Assembly: GCA_965215505.1 (NCBI GenBank) | Contig: OZ244065.1 | Coordinates: 5,440,001 to 5,504,000 of the forward strand | Source of the DNA: Capsulimonadaceae bacterium | GTDB lineage: Bacteria; Armatimonadota; Armatimonadia; Armatimonadales; Capsulimonadaceae | Length of the DNA stretch: 64,000 nt | Direction of reading: 5' to 3' | Shown: piece after piece, positions 9,288-19,062 of the stretch | Numbering within the stretch: the stretch's first letter is position 1 | Layout: each line of letters begins with the position of its first letter | The notes under the pieces: generated by a model | Seen by the model: the letters and a program-made list of their open reading frames with translations, nothing else | What the model was told of the DNA's origin: nothing | Databases searched by the model: none | Translations under genes and position numbers: made by a program

Positions 9288-10181
9288 GTGACGGTCACTC
9301 ACGAAGAAGAAACAGTGGAAAGCGCGCTGGACGGAACGACGACGGCGCTGACGGACAGGGGAGTTCTTGACCCCGCCCGCTGGGCGGCGACATTGGTGGC
9401 CGCCGTGCTGGACGTGCCGCATGTGGAACTGCCCGACCGGCGGGTGCAGCCGCTGACGGGCACACAGGCCGGCCGCCTGCGCGGTTTGATCGCACAGGTG
9501 ACGCCGGACGCGCCGGTCGCCTATCTGGTCGGGCGCGCGCCCTTCCTGGACGGCGACTTCGAGGTGACGCGCGACACCCTGATCTGCAAGCCCGACACGG
9601 AGCTGTTCGTCGTGCTGGTGCTGGCGCAGGTCGCCGCCGAGCCGCTGTCTGCCTCCCCGCGCGTCCTGGAGCTGTGCGCGGGCAGCGGGTGCGTTGCCAT
9701 CACCTTCGCCAAGCGCCTGCCGGGCGCGCGCGTCGCGGCGACCGACATCTCCCGCGCCGCCCTGGCGGTCGCCCGGCGCAACGTCACCCGGCACGGGCTT
9801 GATGGCCGTGTCGTGCTGGGACAGGGGGACCTGTGCGCGCCGCTCCCCGCGCTGTCCGAAGGCCGCCCGTTCGACCTGATCGTGTCCAACCCGCCCTACA
9901 TCCCGACCGATCTCATCGCGGGCATGGGCCGGCACGTCGCCGATCACGAGCCGCATCTGGCCCTGGACGGCGGCGCGGACGGCCTGGACCCGCACCGCCG
10001 CATCCTCGCCGATGCCCTCCCGTTCCTTGCGCCCGGCGGCCGGATGTTTCTGGAACACGAACACTACCACGGCCCCGCTGCGCTGGCCCTGGCCGCCCGG
10101 CACCCCGAGTACGAGGACGCGCGCATCCTCCAGGATGCCAACGGCAGAGACCGTGCCTTGTTCGTCCGCCGCCGGGCGTGA
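9288..10181 (+). CDS. prmC: Release-factor glutamine methyltransferase (HemK/PrmC family)
   Basis: PVAYLVG, LELCAGSGCVA (SAM-binding), DLIVSNPPY and EP..ALDGGADGLD motifs; GGGAGG RBS before GTG. Confidence 0.82.
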   Translation: MTVTHEEETVESALDGTTTALTDRGVLDPARWAATLVAAVLDVPHVELPDRRVQPLTGTQAGRLRGLIAQVTPDAPVAYLVGRAPFLDGDFEVTRDTLICKPDTELFVVLVLAQVAAEPLSASPRVLELCAGSGCVAITFAKRLPGARVAATDISRAALAVARRNVTRHGLDGRVVLGQGDLCAPLPALSEGRPFDLIVSNPPYIPTDLIAGMGRHVADHEPHLALDGGADGLDPHRRILADALPFLAPGGRMFLEHEHYHGPAALALAARHPEYEDARILQDANGRDRALFVRRRA

Positions 10182-10190
10182 CGGGTTCCG

Positions 10191-11819
10191 CTACCCTTTG
10201 AGAGCCGCCAGTATCTTCTGCCCGTCCGGCGTCCCCAGGCCCGTGCAGGCGTCCCAGCCGACCGTCGCCGCATAGCCGACGCCGTTCGGGCCGACCTTGT
10301 TGTCGCCCTGTGTGATGTCGTGGAAGGCCCCGGCCGCCTTCACCTTGCTGTAGAGCAGGGTGTTCACGAAGCCGGCCCGCGCGCCCAGGCTCTGGTTGAT
10401 CAGGGCGATCAGGCCCGCCCACAGCGGGGCCACCGCGCTGGTCCCGCCGAAGCCCTGGAGGAACTGGCCGTCCACCTGGATGTCGTAGCCCGTCGCCGGG
10501 TCGGCGTCCCCGGCCACATCCGGGACGCCCCGGCCCGGTTTAAGTCCCGCCCCCGCCGGGGCCGGGAGCGCGACTCCCTGCTGATAGGCGGGGACGGGGA
10601 AGAACTGGCTGATGCCGCCGCCCGTCGCGCCGAAGCCCTGGCTCTGCGGGTCGGCCGAGTGCTGGTTCCAGACGGTTTCCGAGGCGATCACGCCGCCCGA
10701 CGCTGTGAGCGAGGTGCCGCCGCAGGCCAGCGCCCAGGGGCTGGAGGAGGGGAAGTCCACATGCGGCTGGCCGTCCCAGGTGTTCGAGTCCTCGTCGGCG
10801 GCCCCGCTGTCCCCGGCCGCCGTGCAGACCGTGATGCCGAGCATGGCCGCCGACTGGAGCGCGGCGTCGAACTGCTGCATGAACGCCGCCGTGCCGGCCG
10901 ACTCGGGTCCGCCCCAACTAATCGAGATCACCGAGGGGCTGTTCTTGGCGTCGTGGATCGCCGTCGTCAGGGCGTCCAGGAAGTTCTGGTCGCTCCCGTT
11001 CGGGGCGAAGTAGGCCACGACGCTCGCCCCCGGCGCGACCGCGCCGGCGACCTCGATGTCCAGCAGCACCTCCCCGTCGGCGCTGTCGGGCGAGCCGGCC
11101 GGATGGTTCCGGGCGTGATCCACCGAGACGGATGTGACGCGCGGGAGTCTGACGCCCAGCCTCTGGAAGTAGGCCTTCAGGTCGGCGGGCTTGTAGCCGC
11201 CGCCCAGCTCGATGATGCCGATGGTCTGTCCGGTCCCGTCCACCCCCGTGGGGAAGTCGTAGAGTTGGGCTAGGGCAGGCGGCGTGAAGGTCGCTGGCTG
11301 GGCCGCCGCCGGGCGGCGGCGGGAAAGGTGCGACTTGGCGAACGTCCGGTTGTCCAGGCCGAAGACGCCCTCGACGACGCCCTCCAGATCGTCCGGGATG
11401 GAAACCATGCCGGTGCGGCCCCGGTAGGTGCCGTGCGGGTATTCGTAGTCGCTCAGTGTCACCCCGAAGGCCGCCTCGGCGGCCCGGACGGTCCCGGACA
11501 GGACGACCGACCGGCGGCCCGCGCTCTTCTCGACGACGTGGAGGCCGTGCTGGCGGGCGAATGCGGCGACTCGCTCCATGTCCGCCTCGTCCGCCCCGTA
11601 CTGATGCTCGAACTCTCCCGCCGTCATGTACCGGCGCTCCGAGGGCAGTTGGGCCGCCATCGCCGCCATCTCTTCGGGCGAAGGCAGGGGCTGACGGGGC
11701 CGCACCCGGACCGTCACTTCCAGCCGCTCGTTCGGGTCCGCCGGGGCCGTGACGCTGGACTCCGGCAGCGGGTGGCGCTCGCTGCCGGGAAGGCTGACAT
11801 ATCCTGCTTTTGCGCTCAT
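10191..11819 (-). CDS. S53 family serine-carboxyl peptidase (kumamolisin/sedolisin-like) with pro-domain
   Basis: EVLLD (Glu/Asp), ISISWG, AAGDSG, GGTSAVAP (Ser) and WDACTGLG motifs; AGGAG RBS before ATG 11819. Confidence 0.93.
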   Translation of the reverse strand: MSAKAGYVSLPGSERHPLPESSVTAPADPNERLEVTVRVRPRQPLPSPEEMAAMAAQLPSERRYMTAGEFEHQYGADEADMERVAAFARQHGLHVVEKSAGRRSVVLSGTVRAAEAAFGVTLSDYEYPHGTYRGRTGMVSIPDDLEGVVEGVFGLDNRTFAKSHLSRRRPAAAQPATFTPPALAQLYDFPTGVDGTGQTIGIIELGGGYKPADLKAYFQRLGVRLPRVTSVSVDHARNHPAGSPDSADGEVLLDIEVAGAVAPGASVVAYFAPNGSDQNFLDALTTAIHDAKNSPSVISISWGGPESAGTAAFMQQFDAALQSAAMLGITVCTAAGDSGAADEDSNTWDGQPHVDFPSSSPWALACGGTSLTASGGVIASETVWNQHSADPQSQGFGATGGGISQFFPVPAYQQGVALPAPAGAGLKPGRGVPDVAGDADPATGYDIQVDGQFLQGFGGTSAVAPLWAGLIALINQSLGARAGFVNTLLYSKVKAAGAFHDITQGDNKVGPNGVGYAATVGWDACTGLGTPDGQKILAALKG

Positions 11820-11973
11820 CGTACTCTCCTGTGTCGCTCCGCCGCCGTGCCGCCCGGCGGGAAAGCCTGTGGCATGGCGCACACACGCTGGTGCCGTTAT
11901 GATGACACATCTACGGTAAGGAGTCAACCGCGATTCGGCAGGATTCTCGGCGCGGGCCGTCGTACAAAAGGGC

Positions 11974-12660
11974 ATGACACCCGAGTTCTCGCCGGCCGGT
12001 GATCTGGCCGTCCGCGCTGCCTTCGGGGCGGAGATCAGCCCCCACACCAACGCCCTCATCAGTCGCTTCTGCCGGCACCTCCAGGCGGAGCCGATCCGGG
12101 GCGTGACCGAGTGGGTGCCGGGCTACGCAACCGTGACCGTCTACTACCGGCCCTGGGACATCGGCTATGACGCGCTCTGCGAGGAGCTGACCCGGCGCAC
12201 CGGCGGAGTGGGGGCGGCGCAGACGCCCGAAGCGCGGCGGGTCGAAATCCTCGTCTGCTACGGCGGTGAACACGGGCCTGACTTGGACGAAGTCGCCGCC
12301 GCGCACGGTCTGACTCCTGCCCAGGTGATCGAGCGGCACGCGGGCGGGGAGTATCTGGTCTACTTCCTCGGCTTCCTGCCCGGCTTCCCTTACCTGGGCG
12401 GGCTGGACCCCGCGATCGCGACGCCCCGGCGGGCGACGCCGCGCCCTTCCGTCCCCGCCGGGGCGGTCGGCATCGCCGGGGCGCAGACCGGCGTCTACCC
12501 GCTGGAGACGCCCGGTGGCTGGCAGATCATCGGGCGGACGCCGCTGCGCCTGTACGACCCGGCCCGGCAGCCGCCCGCACTGCTGGCGGCGGGCGATTAT
12601 GTCCGGTTTGTCCCGATCCCAGAGCGGCAGTTTGAGGAGATGGCTGATGGATCGTATTGA
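11974..12660 (+). CDS. pxpB: 5-oxoprolinase subunit B
   Basis: YGGEHGPDL, GFLPGFPYLG and QTGVYPLETPGGWQIIGRT motifs. Confidence 0.92.
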   Translation: MTPEFSPAGDLAVRAAFGAEISPHTNALISRFCRHLQAEPIRGVTEWVPGYATVTVYYRPWDIGYDALCEELTRRTGGVGAAQTPEARRVEILVCYGGEHGPDLDEVAAAHGLTPAQVIERHAGGEYLVYFLGFLPGFPYLGGLDPAIATPRRATPRPSVPAGAVGIAGAQTGVYPLETPGGWQIIGRTPLRLYDPARQPPALLAAGDYVRFVPIPERQFEEMADGSY

Positions 12661-13411
12661 CCTGAACGCCGACATGGGCGAGAGCTTCGGTGCCTACACC
12701 CTGGGCGACGATGACGCCCTGCTCCAATCCGTCACGTCGGCGAACATCGCCTGCGGCTTCCACGCGGGCGACCCCAGCACGATGGCCCGCGCCGTCGCCT
12801 CATGCGCGGCGCGCGGCGTCGCCCTGGGCGCGCACCCCGGCCTGCCGGACCTGGCCGGGTTCGGCAGGCGCGCGCTGGCCGTCACGCCCGCCGAGGTCCG
12901 CGATTTGGTCACCTACCAGGTCGGGGCCTTGGCCGCCTTCGCCGCCCGGCACGGGCAGCGTCTCCAGCACGTCAAGCCGCACGGCGCGCTCTACAACATG
13001 GCCGAGCGCGACCCCGCCATCGCGGCGGCCATCGCCCAGGCCACATCCGAGGCAGATGCGGCCTTGATTCTGATGGGCCTGTCAGGCGGGCGGCTCGTCG
13101 CGGCGGGGCGTGAATTGGGCCTGCGCGTTACCCAGGAAGTGTTCGCCGACCGCTCCTACGCGCCCGATGGGACGCTGACGCCGCGTGGCCTGCCCGGCGC
13201 GGTCCTGCACGACTCCGCACAGGTCGCGGCCCGCATCGTCCGGCTCGTGACGGAGGGGAAGATCGCGGCGTCGGATGGCTCCGAGCTAGTGCCCATTGCA
13301 GACACGATCTGCCTGCACGGCGACTCGCCCGCCGCGGCCGGGCTTGCCGCCGCCGTCCGCAAGGCGCTCGAAGCCGTCGGCGTCGCCGTCCGGCCCTTGG
13401 GGCTGCCATGA
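12647..13411 (+). CDS. pxpA: 5-oxoprolinase subunit A (LamB/YcsF)
   Basis: IDLNADMGESFG, SANIACGFHAGD, HVKPHGALYN and DTICLHGD motifs; GAGGAG RBS before ATG 12647. Confidence 0.95.
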   Translation: MDRIDLNADMGESFGAYTLGDDDALLQSVTSANIACGFHAGDPSTMARAVASCAARGVALGAHPGLPDLAGFGRRALAVTPAEVRDLVTYQVGALAAFAARHGQRLQHVKPHGALYNMAERDPAIAAAIAQATSEADAALILMGLSGGRLVAAGRELGLRVTQEVFADRSYAPDGTLTPRGLPGAVLHDSAQVAARIVRLVTEGKIAASDGSELVPIADTICLHGDSPAAAGLAAAVRKALEAVGVAVRPLGLP

Positions 13412-14358
13412 CCCCAACGCCCATCCTGCGCGTCGAGTCGCCCGGCCTCCTGACCACGGTGCAGGATGAGGGCCGGTGGGGGCACCAGCGGGACGGCATG
13501 GTCGTAGCCGGCGCGATGGACCCGTTCGCGTCGGCTGTGGCGAATCTCCTGGTCGGCAACCCGCGCGGGGCGGCCGTCCTGGAGATCACGCTGCTCGGCC
13601 CGACCCTGCTGGCCCTCGCCGACCTCCGCCTGGCCCTGTGCGGCGGCGACCTGTCGCCGGCCGTGGACGGTCAGCCCGCACCCCTTTGGAAAACATTCAC
13701 ACTGCGCGAGGGGCAAACGCTCACCTTTGGCCGCCGCCGTGCGGGCGCGCGTGCCTACCTCGCCGTCATGGGCGGCTTCGCCGTTCCCGCCATACTCGGC
13801 AGCCGCGCGACCTTCCTGCGCGCCCAGATCGGCGGTTTCGAGGGGCGGCCCTTGCGGAAGGGCGACGTGCTGGAAGCCTGGCTTCATCCCCTCCCCCCCG
13901 GCGAGCGCGGCCTGCGCCCCGCCGACATCCCAGACTATGCCCAACCCGCTGTCCTGCACGTCCTGCCTGGCCCGCACTTCTCCGCCTTCGCCGACGCGGG
14001 CCGCAGCACCTTCTTTTCGTCCCCTTACACCGTCTCGCCGCAGTCCGACCGGCAGGGCTACCGGCTCACCGGCCCCGCCGTGGCACGCGCCGATGCCGCC
14101 GGCCTCCTCTCCGAAGCGATGCCCTGGGGGGGAGTCCAGGTCCCCCCGGACGGCCTGCCGATCCTGCTGATGGCCGACCGCCAGACGACCGGCGGCTACC
14201 CACTCGTCGGCGTCGTCATCTCCGCCGACCTGCCCCGCGCCGGCCAGCTCGCGCCGGGCGACTCGGTCCGCTTCGAGGCCGTGACACTGGCCGAGGCGCA
14301 TGAGTTGGCCTTGCGCCAGGAGCGGTGGCTCCGGGTGGTGGAGCAGGCGCGGCCCTAG
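13408..14358 (+). CDS. pxpC: 5-oxoprolinase subunit C
   Basis: PGLLTTVQD.GR, SDRQGYRL and DRQTTGGYP motifs; ATGA overlap with pxpA. Confidence 0.92.
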   Translation: MTPTPILRVESPGLLTTVQDEGRWGHQRDGMVVAGAMDPFASAVANLLVGNPRGAAVLEITLLGPTLLALADLRLALCGGDLSPAVDGQPAPLWKTFTLREGQTLTFGRRRAGARAYLAVMGGFAVPAILGSRATFLRAQIGGFEGRPLRKGDVLEAWLHPLPPGERGLRPADIPDYAQPAVLHVLPGPHFSAFADAGRSTFFSSPYTVSPQSDRQGYRLTGPAVARADAAGLLSEAMPWGGVQVPPDGLPILLMADRQTTGGYPLVGVVISADLPRAGQLAPGDSVRFEAVTLAEAHELALRQERWLRVVEQARP

Positions 14359-14478
14359 AGGGCCGGGTAAATCTAGCGGCCTGAGCCACCCGACGTCTCC
14401 CCGCCTCTTCCCTGCCCCTCCGACCCTTCCCTCCGAGGGGAGGGTGGCGAGTTTGCGAGACGGGAGAGGATCGGGGAC

Positions 14479-17400
14479 TTACGGCCGCAACGCTTCGTGG
14501 AACTGCCGCTGGGATACCCAGCGGGTCTGGTATTCCGCCCAATCCTGTTTGTGCGCTTTGTAGACCGGGTCATCCGCCAACTGGCCCGGTGGCGTGTTAT
14601 AGGCGGGGCGGGAGTGCGAGGGGAGGGGCAGGACGGTCCGCGAGAAGCCGGTGTTGAAGTCACCGTCTTTCACCCAGCCGTCGCCGATGAGGACATAGTC
14701 GCGCGTCCAGCCCGGCGGGGGCGGGGCGGGGGCGGGGAAGCGCAGGACCATCTCGTCGCCCGCGTTCATGATGACGTAGCGGTCGTCGGTGCGCGCCAGT
14801 AAGGCCCGCACGTCGCCGTAGCGGGTGTAGTAGCCCTCCAAATCCAGCCAGCGCGGGCCGGTCCGGGCCAGGTGCGCGTAGTCGGGGACCTCGGGCGAGG
14901 AGTGGCCGGCCTGACTTGTCGCCGAGAAGCCCCGATAGCGCAGGGTCGCTTCGGTGGGGGGCAGGGTCTGCTTTCTTATGATTGTTGGGGGCAGCGCCTG
15001 GGCAGTACCGAGGAAGTCCCAATAGATCTCCATGTTAGTCCGCAGGCGGACCTGACGCGGCTGCCCTAGTTGGAACAGGCCGGTCAGGGGGATGAGGACT
15101 GTCTTGTTCTTGCCTTCGGGGAAGCCGAGGTGCGGTAGGGCCGCCTTCCAGCCGCCCCTGCCGTCGGGGACTTCCAGGCTCAGGTCGTGCGGCGGGATGT
15201 GATGACCCTGGCCCAGAGCGACGTTGATGGAGCTGTCGGTCGGGTGAATCCAGCCGACGCCCACCAGCCACGTTTTGCCGGTCGGCGGGGTGGGACCGAG
15301 GTCGAGCGTCACCCAATGGTCGCGCGTCACGCCCTGATAGTCGCCGACGCCGAACGTATCCAGATACTTCCCGTCGCGCGCCCGCACCGCCTCCGTCACG
15401 TCCAAGCCCCTGTCGTCGGTGGCATGGGCGACGGGTTGGGGCGGGGTCATGGCGTCCACGGCAAGCGGCGGGGGCGGGATGGAAAACCTTTCGTCCACGT
15501 TCACTTCGGTGCCGACCGGGTGGTCCACGGTCATCAATTTGACCTCGTCGAAGAAATGCGTTTCCCACAGGTCCGCCGTGATGCGTAGATTGTAATACCC
15601 GTCCCGCGCCTTGAGCTGGTCGCCCCGGACCTTCACCCAATCCCGCGTCTGCACCACGCCCGCCGTGTCCTGGGCGTTGATCCGCAGGCCCAAAGGCGAG
15701 CGCCAGATGAAGTCGGTGACGAACTTCATGCCCATGTCGGAGTTTTCCCCCGTGCCGTCGTCGGCCAGGAGCCACGGGCAGGAACCTTTCAGCCGCTCGG
15801 GTGCCTCGGCCAACTGGTCGGCCTTCAGCTCGAACTCCCCCTGCGGGCTGCCGTTGGGCCAGACGATGCGGATGCTGTCCGCGCGCTTGTTCTCGCCCAG
15901 CCCGAAGTGTGTCACAGGGCCGGCGACGACCTGCGTCTCGAACAGCAGCCCCGCCCGCAGGCCGATCTCGCCGCCCACGCCGTAAGTATTGTTGCGCTTA
16001 TCGCCTTGCGAGGCCGCGTGCAAACGAACTTCCTGCCAGGCGTAGTCTTTGCCGCCAGTGTTGACGAGGCGGACCGGCTGGCCCTGGGTGTTCAAGCCGA
16101 TCAGGTCTAACCTGCCCTTGACGGCCTGCGCGTCAACGCCGGCGTTCCGGGCGTCGGTGGGCGCGGCCAGGGGTACGAGTTTGCCCGCCGCATCGCCTAA
16201 GAGGACCTGACTGCCCGACGAACCCGTCACGACCAAATCCAAGGCCCCATTGTTGTCCAGGTCGGCCCACTGAAGGCGCGCGCTGCCGTTTGCGGAAGGA
16301 GCGGTCGCGCGTCCCAGGTCGGCCGCGTCCCAGCCGCCGCCGTCGGCGCGGCGCGACAGTCGGCGGACCGCGCCGTCCGCCGTCAGGATGACCACGTCCT
16401 GCGTTCCATCTCGGTCGGAGTCGGCTGCCGAGAGGGCCGCGACTTTGCCCACATCAGCGGGGAGGGGCCAGGGGGCGAACGCGCCCGCGCGCTTGTTCTG
16501 CATGACGACCAGCTTTCCCTGACCGTCCAGGAATGCCGCGTCGGCCAGGCCGTCACCGTCTAAGTCCGCCCACGCCCATTGCGTTAGGCCCGACTTCGCC
16601 GCCCCGAACGCGTGCAGGACGGCCCACGTCCCGTCGCCGTTGTTGCGGAGAACGGTGGGCTGACCGGTCGCCGCGCCCAGCACAAGGTCAAGCTGTCCGC
16701 CCGTCACGATGTCCGCCGCCCAGACGCCGGTGTAGACGCCGCCGACGATGTTCGGCGGCAGCTTGGACGTGCCGGTCACGTCCGTGAACGTCCCGTCCGT
16801 CCCCTGCTGATACAGGCGCAGGCCGCCCGCGCCAACGCAGGCGAGGTCCAGGAGGCCCGTGTTGCGCGAGTCGAACGCGGCGATGCCGTCCGGACCGGGC
16901 GGCACGGCCTTCGGCCCGCCGGGGAAGGGCAGGGGGGCGCTGCCGATGCGGACCTCTTTGCCGTCCGCCACCAGCAAGGCCGGGGTGCCGGTGCCGTTCA
17001 GCAGGACCGTCCGCGCCCAGGCCCACGGGCCGGGCGCGGGGGCGGGGAGCGGCTGCGGCGTGAACTTCAGGGCCGTGTCAGGCGCGGCGGGCGTCGGGGA
17101 GGGCGAGGGGAGGCTGATGAAGCGGTCCAGAGGGGTGCCTAGAGTATTGGGAGGGCCACTGATCGCCGCCGCGTCGTCCTGATACTGCGGGGTTTCCTTC
17201 AGCACGTTTTGCAGGAACTGTAAGTGGATCGCCTCCTGGCGAACGTCCGTCCCGGCCACGGCAGCCTGGGCCTGTTTCAACTCGTCCTTGATCTCCGGCG
17301 ACCAGGAGCCGGAGTGGGCTGCCGCGCGCGCGACCATGCGCCGCGCCGTGTCCACGTCCCCGGCTTTCGCGGCGGGGATCGCCAGCTCAAGTTCGGCGAA

Positions 17401-17952
17401 CAGGTTGTCCGGGGCGGCCTCCTCGATGGCCTGGAGCTGTTTCCGCATCGCCGCGTCGGCCCCCGGCCCCGCTTGCTGCTCCAAAGCTTTGACCAGCGCG
17501 TAGCGCGCTTTTAGGTCAGTCGGGTCCAGGCCGACCGCCTTCTGATAGGCGGCGACTGCCTCGTCGTACCGCTGGCTCTGGACGGCAAGCAGGCCGAACA
17601 GGGAGGCGACCTTGGCGTTCTTGGGCGCGAGGTCCTGGGCCGTGGCCAGCGCCTTGCGCGCCTCGTCTGAGCTGTTGTGGCGCAGATAATACAGGCCCAT
17701 ATCCGCCCAGGCGGCCGGCTCCTGGTCGTCGAGCTGGGTGGCCTGGGTCAAGGCGGACTGCGCGTGTTCGTCGTCGCCGACCTGGAGCGCGATGACGCCC
17801 GAGTAGAAGGCCGAAACCATGTCCCGGTAGTTGTCGCCGCCGGAGCGTTGATGCTTCCAGATGAGGAAACCGACCGTGATGACCAGGAAGACGGCCGGGA
17901 TGACAATGAGGAGTCTGCGGAGTAGGATTTGGGAACCGGAGGGAGGAGTCAT
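14479..17952 (-). CDS. Membrane-anchored TPR + FG-GAP/VCBS + ASPIC/UnbV (CRTAC1-like) protein, about 1157 aa
   Basis: True start at ATG 17952 (MTPPSG); one TM; TPR helices; repeated ADLDGDG/ADLDNNG motifs; HFGLG...IVWPNG ASPIC motif; GSCPWL C-terminal domain. Confidence 0.85.
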   Translation of the reverse strand: MTPPSGSQILLRRLLIVIPAVFLVITVGFLIWKHQRSGGDNYRDMVSAFYSGVIALQVGDDEHAQSALTQATQLDDQEPAAWADMGLYYLRHNSSDEARKALATAQDLAPKNAKVASLFGLLAVQSQRYDEAVAAYQKAVGLDPTDLKARYALVKALEQQAGPGADAAMRKQLQAIEEAAPDNLFAELELAIPAAKAGDVDTARRMVARAAAHSGSWSPEIKDELKQAQAAVAGTDVRQEAIHLQFLQNVLKETPQYQDDAAAISGPPNTLGTPLDRFISLPSPSPTPAAPDTALKFTPQPLPAPAPGPWAWARTVLLNGTGTPALLVADGKEVRIGSAPLPFPGGPKAVPPGPDGIAAFDSRNTGLLDLACVGAGGLRLYQQGTDGTFTDVTGTSKLPPNIVGGVYTGVWAADIVTGGQLDLVLGAATGQPTVLRNNGDGTWAVLHAFGAAKSGLTQWAWADLDGDGLADAAFLDGQGKLVVMQNKRAGAFAPWPLPADVGKVAALSAADSDRDGTQDVVILTADGAVRRLSRRADGGGWDAADLGRATAPSANGSARLQWADLDNNGALDLVVTGSSGSQVLLGDAAGKLVPLAAPTDARNAGVDAQAVKGRLDLIGLNTQGQPVRLVNTGGKDYAWQEVRLHAASQGDKRNNTYGVGGEIGLRAGLLFETQVVAGPVTHFGLGENKRADSIRIVWPNGSPQGEFELKADQLAEAPERLKGSCPWLLADDGTGENSDMGMKFVTDFIWRSPLGLRINAQDTAGVVQTRDWVKVRGDQLKARDGYYNLRITADLWETHFFDEVKLMTVDHPVGTEVNVDERFSIPPPPLAVDAMTPPQPVAHATDDRGLDVTEAVRARDGKYLDTFGVGDYQGVTRDHWVTLDLGPTPPTGKTWLVGVGWIHPTDSSINVALGQGHHIPPHDLSLEVPDGRGGWKAALPHLGFPEGKNKTVLIPLTGLFQLGQPRQVRLRTNMEIYWDFLGTAQALPPTIIRKQTLPPTEATLRYRGFSATSQAGHSSPEVPDYAHLARTGPRWLDLEGYYTRYGDVRALLARTDDRYVIMNAGDEMVLRFPAPAPPPPGWTRDYVLIGDGWVKDGDFNTGFSRTVLPLPSHSRPAYNTPPGQLADDPVYKAHKQDWAEYQTRWVSQRQFHEALRP

Positions 17953-17957
17953 AATCC

Positions 17958-19061
17958 TTATGATACCTGAAAGCACCGCCGCGCGAAGTCGCCCAAAGCG
18001 GCGCTGACCTCGGCGTGGCATTCCAGCAGGCTCAAGTGCCCGCACTTCTCGATCAAGATGAGCTGAGGGCGGCGGAGCCGCGCGGCCATCGCCCGCTGGA
18101 TGTCCGGCGGCATGTTCCGGTCGGACGCGCCCGTCAGCAGCAGGGTGGGGACCGTGACCGCCTTCATCGCCGCGCGGGCGTCGTGGGCGAAGCAGGCCAG
18201 CGCGCCCGCGCCCGCCGCCCGCATCGAGAAGGTGGCGCAGCGGTATGCCAGCAGGTCGTCCTGCCCCCGGCTCTCGTGCCCGACGTGGGTCCCGAACATC
18301 AGGGCGGCGTGAACGCACCCCATCTGCCGGCACAGGCGCGCGAACATCTCGAACGGGCGCGGGAAGCGGACCATCGTCCGGGCCAGCGGCTCCCAGAACC
18401 AGGGGCGCATCGGGACCAGCAGCCGACGCCCCCACATCGTCTCCAGCATGGGGGCGTCCGTACCGCCCACCAAAGCCAGCCCGCGCACGCGCGTCATGTG
18501 GTCGGGGAAGCGTTCGGCGAACAGGGGCAGGACCATCGCCCCGACCGAGTGGCCGGCGAGGACGCAGCCCAACGGGTGACGGCCCGCGTCCGCGGCGTCG
18601 AAGACGGCGGCCAGGTCCTCCGTTACGGCCTCCATCGAGTAGTCCCGGTCGGCAGGGGCGTCTGACCGGCCCGCCCCGCGCATGTCCCAGACGATGACGC
18701 GGAACTCGCCCGCCAGCGCCTTCTTCTGGTAATACCAAGTGTCGTGGGTCAGCGACCAGCCGTGTGAGAGCAGCAGGGCGGGCGCGGCGTCCGGCCCGAA
18801 CTGCTCCCATCCCAGCCGGACGCCGCCCCAGCCCTCCGCCGTCCCGGACCGGTCCGGGGTGAGCGGCTTCGGCTCGTCCGGGTCTGCCCGGCGCAGGAAG
18901 CGTATCCACCAGTGCCCGGTCAGGATCAGCGCCGCCAGAGCCAGCCGCTCCCAGCGGATGGGGCGGCGGCCCCGCGCGGCCTGCACGGCTTCTGCCAGCC
19001 CGGCCAGGAGGCCGAGCAGGGACGGGACGGAGAAGAGGCCGGTAAAGATGCCAATCCACAT
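17958..19061 (-). CDS. Alpha/beta hydrolase with N-terminal membrane segments
   Basis: HGWS, WDMRGAGRS, GHSVG nucleophile elbow, D in GASD and H in CGHL. Confidence 0.88.
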   Translation of the reverse strand: MWIGIFTGLFSVPSLLGLLAGLAEAVQAARGRRPIRWERLALAALILTGHWWIRFLRRADPDEPKPLTPDRSGTAEGWGGVRLGWEQFGPDAAPALLLSHGWSLTHDTWYYQKKALAGEFRVIVWDMRGAGRSDAPADRDYSMEAVTEDLAAVFDAADAGRHPLGCVLAGHSVGAMVLPLFAERFPDHMTRVRGLALVGGTDAPMLETMWGRRLLVPMRPWFWEPLARTMVRFPRPFEMFARLCRQMGCVHAALMFGTHVGHESRGQDDLLAYRCATFSMRAAGAGALACFAHDARAAMKAVTVPTLLLTGASDRNMPPDIQRAMAARLRRPQLILIEKCGHLSLLECHAEVSAALGDFARRCFQVS

Positions 19062-19062
19062 G

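Noticed and set aside
14390-14478. C-rich/G-rich imperfect palindrome between pxpC and the TPR gene
   Set aside because: Possibly a degenerate repeat or terminator, but too imperfect to call.
17953-19059. N-terminal 369 codons of the 1526-aa ORF
   Set aside because: Out-of-frame overlap with the alpha/beta hydrolase; the real start is ATG 17952.
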